From: Myxococcota bacterium
GTDB taxonomy: Bacteria; Myxococcota_A; UBA9042; PHBI01; JAWLBL01
Reading direction: 5' to 3'
NCBI GenBank assembly: GCA_041687695.1
Contig: JAWLBL010000007.1
Span: 96,001-160,000 of the forward strand
Length of the DNA stretch: 64,000 bases
Part shown: piece by piece, positions 18,712 to 27,245 of the stretch
Layout: every line of letters starts with the position of its first letter
Numbering within the stretch: the stretch's first letter is position 1
Made by a program: the position numbers and the translations under genes
The notes under the pieces: model-generated
What the model was told of the DNA's origin: nothing
What the model saw: only the letters and a program-made list of their open reading frames with translations
The model's database searches: none

Positions 18712-21050
18712 TCAGGCGCTCGCGCCTCTCGGCCGTCCTGTCCGCCACCGCCCTCCTCGCCGCCGGCGCCCCGCTGGCGCACGCCGACGACCCGGCGCCT
18801 GCGCCCCCGGCCGCGCCGGCCGAGCCGGTCCAACCCGAGCCCGCGCCGGCCGACGCCGCCGAGGACGCCGACTTCGACGACGACGCCGACGCCGAGGTGG
18901 CGCCGCTCGACGACGAGCAGCCGGACGACTTCGAGGAGGTCCGCAAGGGCGCCTACCGGATGAAGGGCTTCGAGATCACCTACCGGCCCGAGGACGTCTT
19001 CAAGGAGGGCGGCTCGGTGCAGGTGCTCGACCCGGCGCTGCTCGGGCGGCTCGGCCACGACGACCCCAACCGGCCGCTGATGATGGTGCCGGGCGTGTAC
19101 ATCCGACAGGAGGACGGCTACGGGCTGCGGCCCAACATCGGCCTGCGCGGCGCCAGCAGCGAGCGCAGCAGCAAGGTCACCCTGATGGAGGACGGCATCC
19201 TCTTCGGGCCGGCCCCCTACTCGGCCCCGGCCGCCTACTACTTCCCGATGATGGCGCGCATCGATCAGGTCGAGGTGCTCAAGGGCCCGGCCGCCGTCCT
19301 GGCTGGCCCGCAGACCATCGGCGGCGCCATCAACCTGGTCACCCGCGACATCCCGCGCGAGCTGTCGGGCATGGCCAGCGTCGGCTACGGGATGTTCGAC
19401 ACCCTGCGCCTGCACGGCCACGCGGGTGGCAGCCTGCCCTGGGGCGGCCTGCTGGTCGAGGCGGTGCACCTGGGCACCGACGGCTTCAAGACCCTCGACG
19501 GCGGCGGCGACACCGGCTTCGACAAGACCGAGGCCATGCTCAAGGGGCGCCTCAACTCGGACCTCGCGGGCGACGTCTACCACCAGCTCGACCTCAAGCT
19601 CGTCTACTCGCGCGAGGTGTCGAACGAGACCTACCTGGGGCTCAGCGACGCCGACTTCCGCGCCGACCCCTACCGCCGCTACCGCTCCAGCGCCCTCGAC
19701 CGCATGGACCTCGAACGGCTGGGCGGGCAGCTCGCCTACTCGGTGGCGGTGGGCGACGACCTCGACCTGGGCCTCACCGTCTACCGCCACACCATGAGCC
19801 GCGCGTGGCGCAAGCTCAACCGCTTCCGCGGCGGCCCCGAGCTGCTCGAGATCCTGTCCGACCCGACGACGCCGCTCAACCGCGCCTACTACGACGTGCT
19901 GACCGGCGCCGAGGACTCGGCGAGCGACCCCGAGACGCTGCTGGTCGGCACCAACGCCCGCGAGTTCGTCGTCATGGGCGCCGACGCCAAGGCGCGCCTC
20001 GCCTTCGACACGGGCGCGGTCGGCCACGAGCTGCGCGCCGGCGTCCGCTACCACTGGGACAGCATCGAGCGGAACCACTACGAGGACCCCTACGCGATGA
20101 CCGCCGGCGACCTGACGGCGACCGGCGAGCCGCGCGTCACCAACACGCGCAACCGCGGCACTTCGGGGGCGCTGGCGGCCTTCGTCGCGCACGCCCTGGA
20201 CGTCGAGGGGCTGACCGTGCGCACCGGCGCGCGCGCCGAGGTCATCGACATGGCGCTCGAGAACCTCGACACGGGCGCCGTCGCCGACAGCGACCAGGCG
20301 GCGCTGCTGTTCGGCCTCGGCGCCCACTACGCGCTGACGCCGACCTTCGGCGTCCTGGCCGGCGTGCACCAGGGCTTCAGCCCCGTGGCCCCCGGCCAGG
20401 CCGCGGGCGTCGACCCCGAGCGCAGCGTCAACTACGAGCTGGGCGCGCGCTACCTGGACGCCGAGGCCGGCTCGACCGCCGAGGTCATCGGCTTCTACAA
20501 CGACTACTCGAACCTGGTGACGCAGTGCACGCTGTCGGCGGGGTGCCGGCCGACCGATCTCGACGCCCAGTTCAACGCCGGCGAGGTCGACGTGGTCGGC
20601 GTCGAGCTGCTCGCGGCCCACGCCTTCGACCTGGGCCCGGTGGCCCTGCGCCTGCGCGGCACCTACACCTTCACCCACGCCCGCTTCGGGACCTCGTTCA
20701 CCTCGGACAACCCCGTCTACGGGGTGGTCGAGGCGGGCGACCCCGTGCCCTACATCCCCGAGCACCAGGCCTCGGCCCTGGTCGGGGTCGAGGGCGAGGT
20801 CTGGGGCGTCGACGTCACGGCCACCGTGCTGGACTCGCTGCTCGAGGGCGCCGGCGCGCTGAACGGGCGCGAGAGCGACGCCGCCGTGCTGGTGGACGTG
20901 GCGGCGCGCTACCGCCCCATGGACTGGCTCGAGCTGTCGGTCCGCGGCGAGAACCTGACCGGCGCCGAGCCCGTCGTCTCGCGCCGGCCCTACGGCGCCC
21001 GCCCCGCCAAGCCGCTGCACGTCCACGGGGCCATGCGCGTCTTCTTCTGA
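18708..21050 (+). CDS. TonB-dependent receptor (FecA-like)
   Basis: ATGA overlap with HTTM gene; signal peptide; plug motifs [22 protein letters not shown] and [21 protein letters not shown]-terminal Phe. Confidence 0.92.
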   Translation: MIRRSRLSAVLSATALLAAGAPLAHADDPAPAPPAAPAEPVQPEPAPADAAEDADFDDDADAEVAPLDDEQPDDFEEVRKGAYRMKGFEITYRPEDVFKEGGSVQVLDPALLGRLGHDDPNRPLMMVPGVYIRQEDGYGLRPNIGLRGASSERSSKVTLMEDGILFGPAPYSAPAAYYFPMMARIDQVEVLKGPAAVLAGPQTIGGAINLVTRDIPRELSGMASVGYGMFDTLRLHGHAGGSLPWGGLLVEAVHLGTDGFKTLDGGGDTGFDKTEAMLKGRLNSDLAGDVYHQLDLKLVYSREVSNETYLGLSDADFRADPYRRYRSSALDRMDLERLGGQLAYSVAVGDDLDLGLTVYRHTMSRAWRKLNRFRGGPELLEILSDPTTPLNRAYYDVLTGAEDSASDPETLLVGTNAREFVVMGADAKARLAFDTGAVGHELRAGVRYHWDSIERNHYEDPYAMTAGDLTATGEPRVTNTRNRGTSGALAAFVAHALDVEGLTVRTGARAEVIDMALENLDTGAVADSDQAALLFGLGAHYALTPTFGVLAGVHQGFSPVAPGQAAGVDPERSVNYELGARYLDAEAGSTAEVIGFYNDYSNLVTQCTLSAGCRPTDLDAQFNAGEVDVVGVELLAAHAFDLGPVALRLRGTYTFTHARFGTSFTSDNPVYGVVEAGDPVPYIPEHQASALVGVEGEVWGVDVTATVLDSLLEGAGALNGRESDAAVLVDVAARYRPMDWLELSVRGENLTGAEPVVSRRPYGARPAKPLHVHGAMRVFF

Positions 21051-21069
21051 GCCGCGCGCCCGGAGCGGG

Positions 21070-21648
21070 TCAGGCCGCGCGGCGCTCGGGCGTCGCGTCG
21101 GCCTGGGCCTTGCCGCCGGCGATGCGGCGGACGAGCAGGGCCAGCGTCACCAGCATCCCCAGGGCGTAGCCGCCGGTGGACGGCAGCGCGAGCCACTCCA
21201 GGGCCTCCTTGGCGGCCCCGGTGCCGCCCAGGCCCGGCGCCATCTGCCCGGCCAGCAGCCAGAACACCCCGTAGCCGAGGGCGCCGAAGCCCAATCCGAT
21301 GGCGGCCAGCTGGGCGAGGCGCCGCGGGCCGCCCACGAAGGCCAGCAGGAAGATGGAGGCCAGGGCGGCCGTGCTCATCGCGCCGGCGTGCAGGTGGGCC
21401 CGCTTGTAGTAGCTCCAGCTCTTGGCGGTCACGGCCTTCATCTTGGCCTCGTCGCCGCCGTAGACGTCGGCGAGGGCGGCCTGCCCGCTGGCCTCGAGGC
21501 CTTGCTTGAGGCTGTCCTCGGCCGCGCCGAAGGCGAGCCCGACGCCGACGCTGAACAGGGCGGCCAGCAGCGCCAGGACGAGCCCCGCCGCGAAGGGGCG
21601 GAGGTGGCGGTCGTACAGGTCGGCGGAGGCGGTCGTGGCAGCGGACAT
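21070..21648 (-). CDS. Hypothetical integral membrane protein (about 4 TM, RAHLHA motif)
   Basis: GGAG RBS; hydrophobic segments; [14 protein letters not shown]. Confidence 0.7.
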   Translation of the reverse strand: MSAATTASADLYDRHLRPFAAGLVLALLAALFSVGVGLAFGAAEDSLKQGLEASGQAALADVYGGDEAKMKAVTAKSWSYYKRAHLHAGAMSTAALASIFLLAFVGGPRRLAQLAAIGLGFGALGYGVFWLLAGQMAPGLGGTGAAKEALEWLALPSTGGYALGMLVTLALLVRRIAGGKAQADATPERRAA

Positions 21649-21831
21649 GGGGGCTCCTGGATGGGGGCGCGCCGGACCGCGCGCGTCGGGGGAGGGGGCC
21701 GTTCGGCCGAAGGAAGGCGAGTATACACGCGGCGTTGCGTCGCGCGAGCGCGGAGCGGAGGCGCAGCCGTCGGTTGAGCGCCCGCGACGCGGTGGGGTAG
21801 GGTGCGCCGGGCCGTGGACGCGAGCGGGGGG

Positions 21832-23811
21832 ATGATGGGCGAGGTGTTCGAGGGCGAGCGGGGCCGTTACGAGGTGCTCGGGGCGTTGGGCGAGGGCGGC
21901 ATGGGGGCCACCTTCGTCGTGCGCGCCGAGGCGACGGGCGAGCGGCTGGCCGCCAAGGTCCTGAGGATGGACCGGGTCGACGACTGGAAGGCCGTCGAGC
22001 TGTTCGAGCGCGAGGCCAAGGTCCTGGCCGGCCTGGATCACCCGCGGATCCCCAAGGTCGTCGACACCTTCCGGGCGGACGGCGGGACCCGCCTGGGGCT
22101 GGTGCAGACGCTGGTGAACGGCCGGACGCTGCAGTCCCACCTGGACGAGCACCGCAGCGTGTCGGCGGGCGAGCTGGTGGACTGGCTGCGGCAGGGGCTG
22201 GAGCTGCTGGCCTTCCTGCACGGCCGCGTGCCGCCCGTGGTGCACCGGGACGTGACGCCGCGCAACCTGTTGGTGGCCGACGGGCAGCTCTGGCTGGTGG
22301 ACTTCGGGGCGGTCAAGACCGCGCTCAGCGGCCAGGCGACCGTCCACACGGCGGTGGGCACCTTCGGGTACATGCCGCCCGAGCAGATCATGGGCCAGGC
22401 CGGCCCCGGCGCGGACATGTACGCCCTGGGCGTCACCTTCGTGGCCCTGGCGGCGGGGCTCGAGCCGGGGCGGCTGCCGCTGGACGGCGACTCGGGCCGC
22501 ATCGACGTGCGCCGGGCGGTCGGCGACGCGACCGGCCTGCCGGGCGCGGTGGTGGACGTGCTCGAGGCGATGACGCGGCCCGGGCTGGGGCAGCGCCTGG
22601 TCGACGCGCGCGAGGCGCTGGCGCGGCTGTCGCGCGAGCCCGAGGCCGCCTCACCGGCGCGGACGGGGAAGGCGCCGGCGCGTCGAGTGAAGGTGCGCCA
22701 CCTGCTGGGCGCGGCGCTGCTGTGCTGGGTGGTCGGGGCGTACGCAGCGCAGCGCTGGCCCGGCGAAGGCGAGGTGGGGGCGCTGGGCGGGTGGTTCAGC
22801 GGCCACCCGAGGCTGGTCAGCGCGGTGACGGGGGCCCTGTGGGGCGACTACGCGGCGACGCTGGGGCCCAACTACGTCCGAGCCGTGGCCTTCGGGCCGG
22901 ACGGGCGCACGCTGGTCTCGGCGGCCACGGACGACGTGCTGGCCTGGGACGTGGAGGGCGAGCGGGTCGACGCCGTGGTCGAGGCGTTCGAGGACCAGGG
23001 CGGGTGGGGCGTCCAGTGGCTGGGCTTCAGCGGGGACGGCCGCAGCGTGGTCGTCGCCACGGCGGAGGACGCGCGCGTCGTCGACGTTCAGGGGTGGACC
23101 GAGCGGGCGCGGGTGGCGGTGCGGGATCTGTCCGGCGACGTCCTGTCGTACGCCTGGCGGCCGACGTTCCTGGACGGCGTCGCGGCGGCCGACGGCGGCG
23201 CGCGGGTGGCCTGGGCGGTGGATGCGACCGTGCTGGTGGTGGACCCGCTGGCGGGGCGGGTCGTTCGCAAGGTGCCGACGGGTGGACAGGACGGCGCGGC
23301 GCTGGGCGCGCGAGGCGAGCGGCTGGTCGTCTGGCGTCACCGGGAATGGGCGACCTACGAAGCGGCGACCTCGACGGTGACCGTGTGGGACGTGGCGACC
23401 GGGCTCGAGGTCACGCGCTTCCTCGCGCCCAAGCGCGTGCAGTCCCTGGCGATGACCGACGACGGGGCGCGGCTGGTGGTGGTGGACTCGGCGGGGCTCG
23501 CCGTGTGGGACGCCCAGCAGGGGACCCCGCTGAGGGCCATCCCGACGACCCCGCCCGGCTACGACCAGGCGCGGGTGGCGCTGAGCCCCGACGGCCGGCT
23601 GGCGGCGACCCCGCGCGACGGCGGGGTGCGGGTCTTCGCGCTGGACTCGGGCGAGCAGGTCGCGGCGTTCGGGGTGCGCCCGCGCGGCTACTTCGTGTGG
23701 GACGTCGACGCGATGACCTTCGCGCCGGACGGCCGCACCCTGGCCACGGCGGCGACCGACCAGGTGGTGAGGCTGTGGCGCGTGCCGGAGGCGGGCGCGG
23801 TCAGTAGATGA
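21832..23811 (+). CDS. Ser/Thr protein kinase with TM helix and C-terminal WD40 repeats
   Basis: LGEGGMG, AAK, HRDVTPRN, DFG, GTFGYMPPEQ; then AFGPDGRTL/LSPDGR/FAPDGRTL...VRLW repeats. Confidence 0.9.
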   Translation: MMGEVFEGERGRYEVLGALGEGGMGATFVVRAEATGERLAAKVLRMDRVDDWKAVELFEREAKVLAGLDHPRIPKVVDTFRADGGTRLGLVQTLVNGRTLQSHLDEHRSVSAGELVDWLRQGLELLAFLHGRVPPVVHRDVTPRNLLVADGQLWLVDFGAVKTALSGQATVHTAVGTFGYMPPEQIMGQAGPGADMYALGVTFVALAAGLEPGRLPLDGDSGRIDVRRAVGDATGLPGAVVDVLEAMTRPGLGQRLVDAREALARLSREPEAASPARTGKAPARRVKVRHLLGAALLCWVVGAYAAQRWPGEGEVGALGGWFSGHPRLVSAVTGALWGDYAATLGPNYVRAVAFGPDGRTLVSAATDDVLAWDVEGERVDAVVEAFEDQGGWGVQWLGFSGDGRSVVVATAEDARVVDVQGWTERARVAVRDLSGDVLSYAWRPTFLDGVAAADGGARVAWAVDATVLVVDPLAGRVVRKVPTGGQDGAALGARGERLVVWRHREWATYEAATSTVTVWDVATGLEVTRFLAPKRVQSLAMTDDGARLVVVDSAGLAVWDAQQGTPLRAIPTTPPGYDQARVALSPDGRLAATPRDGGVRVFALDSGEQVAAFGVRPRGYFVWDVDAMTFAPDGRTLATAATDQVVRLWRVPEAGAVSR

Positions 23812-25717
23812 CGGGCAGGACGTCCGGGGTCACGATGGCCGCGTCGCGGATGATGACGAAGCCGTTGGTGGCCGGGACGCCGCCCAGGGTCATCATGGCG
23901 TAGTCGACGCGGACGCTGGCCGACGACGGGTAGACGTCGACGTTGGGCGTCACGGTCAGCCCGGGCGTGAAGGCGACGATGCGCGCCGAGGTGACCTCGC
24001 CCGTGACGAGGTTCTGCACGACGTCCTGCGAGAGGATGCGCGGGTTGCCCAGCAGCGCGGCGGTGGTTGCGGGCTCGATGAGCTCCGTCTGCGTCAGGAT
24101 GGGCGGGTAGCTCGACACGACGCCCACCGGCGGGTCGAAGGTCGACAGGAACCCCTGGTCGCGCAGGGCCGAGGTGAAGGTGGCCAGCTGGGGCTGCGAG
24201 GTGGGCACCGCCGCGAGCCGCCCCGGCGGGATGGTGACCATGTCGATGACGTGCGTCACGCCGCCGACGCCCTGCAGGTGGGTGACGCGGATGAGCATCT
24301 GGTTGAGGGCGACCACGTCCTCGCCGCGGTCGATGAGCAGGGGCACGCCGGGCTCGGTGGCGACCTCGGTCACCGTGGTGACGCCAGCGACCGGGGCGTC
24401 GACGCCGGTGGTCGCGACGACCAGCGCGTCGGTCAGCGCCTGGGTGTTGGCGACCAGCGGCTGGTAGGCGGCCGGCAGCTCCGCGAGGGGGCCGCCGCTC
24501 GGGGCCGTGACCGCCGCGGGGTCGACCTCGGCGGGGGCCAGGACCAGATCGGGGTCGGCGATGGCCTCGGCCAGGAGCTGCACGTCCTCGATGCCGAAGG
24601 CGTCGGTGATGAACGCCTCCTCGTCGGTGACCGGCGGCTGCAGGTAGACGCTGCCCAGGCCGTGGACTACGCCGTTGACGGCCACCGCGTCGAGGGACGT
24701 CACGGCGCCCTCGCCGACGAACAGCGCCTCGCCGTCGGCGGTGATCTCGAGCGTGTCGCCGCCGACGGTCGTCAGGCGGCCGGACGCCGCCAGCTCGTCG
24801 CCGAGGACGCGGCCCCGCACGATGAAGCCGCGCAGCAGCTGGGCCAGCGCGTCCGGGTCGGCCAGCAGGGCCTCGCGATCGGCGGCCGGCAGCGCGGCGA
24901 AGGCCTGGTCGGTGGGCGCGAGCACGGTGTAGGGCCCCTCGCCTTCGAGCAGCGGGACGAGGCCCGTCTGCTCCAGCGCGTCGAGCAGGACGGTGTAGGT
25001 GCCGGCTTCGGCGAGCGCCTCGAGCAGCGTCGGCTCGGGCGGCTCGGCGACCAGCACCCGGTCGGTCAGGTGCGCGAGGCCGTTGGTGGCCACCAGATCG
25101 GGCGTGACGACCTGCCCGTCGGCGACGACCAGCGCGGCGCCGTTGGCGGTGACCGGCAGCTCCTCGCCGGCCAGGGTCGTGACGGCGCGCTGGTTGGCGA
25201 CCGCGGTCGCAGCGAGCGCGCCGCCGGCGACGTGGCGGCGGACCAGCTGGGTCAGGGCCTCGCGGTCGGTGCGCAGGGTCTCCAGCGTCTCCTCGGGCAG
25301 GAGCTGGAAGGCGGCGTTGGTGGGGGCGAAGACGGTGTAGGGGCCGCCCGTGTCCAGGGCGTCGGCGAGCCCGACCGCCTGGACGGCCGAGACGAAGGTG
25401 CTGAGGTCGTCGCGCGAGGACAGGACGTCGAGCAGGCTGCCTGCGGTCGGGGCCGCGAGCTCGGCGGGCGCGAGGACCTGGTCGCCAGGAGCGCCGGCCT
25501 GCGCGACGGCGGGCGGCTGGGTCTCGAGGAAGGTCAGCGCGGGCACGGGCTGGTCGGGCACCTGCAGGATGACGAGATCCTGGGCGGGCGCGGCGCCGAA
25601 GTCGAAGGATACGTCGCCGTCCGCGCCGTCGCCCGAGCCGGGTAGCAGGGTGGAGGCCAGGGCCAGCGCCAGCGCGGCGCCGATTCGGCCTCTGCGGGTG
25701 CCGTGGGTGCGGGTCAT
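23801..25717 (-). CDS. Fasciclin (FAS1) domain protein
   Basis: GPYTVFAPTNAAF and GPYTVLAPTDQAF, ATNGLAHL and AVNGVVHG; signal peptide. Confidence 0.88.
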   Translation of the reverse strand: MTRTHGTRRGRIGAALALALASTLLPGSGDGADGDVSFDFGAAPAQDLVILQVPDQPVPALTFLETQPPAVAQAGAPGDQVLAPAELAAPTAGSLLDVLSSRDDLSTFVSAVQAVGLADALDTGGPYTVFAPTNAAFQLLPEETLETLRTDREALTQLVRRHVAGGALAATAVANQRAVTTLAGEELPVTANGAALVVADGQVVTPDLVATNGLAHLTDRVLVAEPPEPTLLEALAEAGTYTVLLDALEQTGLVPLLEGEGPYTVLAPTDQAFAALPAADREALLADPDALAQLLRGFIVRGRVLGDELAASGRLTTVGGDTLEITADGEALFVGEGAVTSLDAVAVNGVVHGLGSVYLQPPVTDEEAFITDAFGIEDVQLLAEAIADPDLVLAPAEVDPAAVTAPSGGPLAELPAAYQPLVANTQALTDALVVATTGVDAPVAGVTTVTEVATEPGVPLLIDRGEDVVALNQMLIRVTHLQGVGGVTHVIDMVTIPPGRLAAVPTSQPQLATFTSALRDQGFLSTFDPPVGVVSSYPPILTQTELIEPATTAALLGNPRILSQDVVQNLVTGEVTSARIVAFTPGLTVTPNVDVYPSSASVRVDYAMMTLGGVPATNGFVIIRDAAIVTPDVLPVIY

Positions 25718-25862
25718 GGCTGCTCCGTGCCGCGGTGGCTGCCGGTGGGGCGCAGGGACACGGTAGGCACGAGAAGTCGAGTCTCCGAGCGGGGTTGCGG
25801 TGGTCGGGCGGCGGGCTGGGCGTGCTTAGGGTCGGACCTGGACGAGGAGGCTGGAGGGGGGG

Positions 25863-27230
25863 ATGAGCTCACGTGGTCTGGAGCGGAGCCGGCAGCAGGC
25901 GGTCGACGGCTTCATGGAGCGTCTCGTCCGTAGGACGCCTCACGAGGAGATCTTCCACCAGGCCGTGCGTTCGGTGGTCGAGGACGTGATGCCCGTCGTG
26001 CTCGAGCGGCGGGAGCTGGCCGAGGCCGCGATCCTCGAGCGGCTCGTCGAGCCCGAGCGGATCCACGGCTTCCGCGTGGCCTGGCAGGACGACGCCGGGC
26101 GCGTGCAGGTCGACCGCGCGTGGCGGGTGCAGTGGAGCGGCGCGTTGGGGCCCTTCAAGGGCGGCCTGAGGTTCCACCCGTCGGTGGACCTGGCCGTGCT
26201 GAAGTTCCTGGGGTTCGAGCAGACGGTGAAGAACGCCCTGACGGGGCTGCCGCTCGGCGGCGCGAAGGGCGGGGCGGACTTCGACCCCAAGAGGCGGTCC
26301 GAGCGCGAGGTGATGCGGTTCTGTCAGGCGCTGATGACGCTGCTGCACCGCGTCATCGGCGTCGACGAGGACATCCCGGCCGGGGACATCGGCGTCGGCC
26401 AGCGCGAGATCGGCTGGCTGTTCGGGCAGTATCGGCGCCTGACGCATCGGTTCGCGGGCGTGGTGACCGGCAAGGGGCGCGAGATCGGCGGCAGCTGGAT
26501 GCGGGTCGAGGCGACCGGGTACGGGCTGGTGATGTTCGTCGAGCGGATGCTGGAGCGGCGTGGTGACGGGCTGCGCGGCAAGACGTGCGTCATCAGCGGC
26601 GCGGGCAACGTGGCGCTGCACGCGGCGGAGCGGGCGGTCGCGTGCGGCGCGCGGGTCGTGACCCTGTCGGACTCGGACGGGTTCGTCCACGACCCCGACG
26701 GGCTCGACGCGGACAAGATGGCGTGGGTGAAGGCGCTCAAGCTCGAGCGGCGGGGGCGCATCCGCGAGTACGCCGAGCGCTTCGACGTGCAGTACCGCGA
26801 GGGGCAGGCGCCCTGGGGCGTGCCCTGCGACGTGGCGCTGCCGTGCGCGACGCAGAACGAGCTGGACGGCGGCGCCGCGCGGAGGCTGGTCGACGGCGGC
26901 TGCGAGGTGGTCGCCGAGGGGGCCAACATGCCGTCGACCGCCGAGGCGGTGGCGGTCTTTCGCGCGGCCGGGCTGCTGTACGCGCCCGACAAGGCGGCCA
27001 ACGCGGGCGGCGTCGCCGTGTCGGCCCTGGAGATGGGGCAGAACGCGGTGGGCCTGCCGTGGTCGCGCGAGCGCGTGAACGGGACCTTGGCGACCCTGAT
27101 GGGCGACATCCACGCGCGCTGTGTCGAGCACGGCTGCGATCGCGGCGGCCACGTCGACTACGCGCGCGGCGCCAACGTGGCCGGGTTCCTGCGGGTCGCC
27201 GAGGCCATGCTGGCCCAGGGCGTCATGTGA
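25863..27230 (+). CDS. gdhA: NADP-specific glutamate dehydrogenase
   Basis: GPFKGGLRFHPSV, LPLGGAKGGADFDPK, DIPAGDIGVG, EATGYG, SGAGNVA, ALPCATQNE, KAANAGGV. Confidence 0.95.
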   Translation: MSSRGLERSRQQAVDGFMERLVRRTPHEEIFHQAVRSVVEDVMPVVLERRELAEAAILERLVEPERIHGFRVAWQDDAGRVQVDRAWRVQWSGALGPFKGGLRFHPSVDLAVLKFLGFEQTVKNALTGLPLGGAKGGADFDPKRRSEREVMRFCQALMTLLHRVIGVDEDIPAGDIGVGQREIGWLFGQYRRLTHRFAGVVTGKGREIGGSWMRVEATGYGLVMFVERMLERRGDGLRGKTCVISGAGNVALHAAERAVACGARVVTLSDSDGFVHDPDGLDADKMAWVKALKLERRGRIREYAERFDVQYREGQAPWGVPCDVALPCATQNELDGGAARRLVDGGCEVVAEGANMPSTAEAVAVFRAAGLLYAPDKAANAGGVAVSALEMGQNAVGLPWSRERVNGTLATLMGDIHARCVEHGCDRGGHVDYARGANVAGFLRVAEAMLAQGVM

Positions 27231-27245
27231 GCCGCCGGGCTGCGC

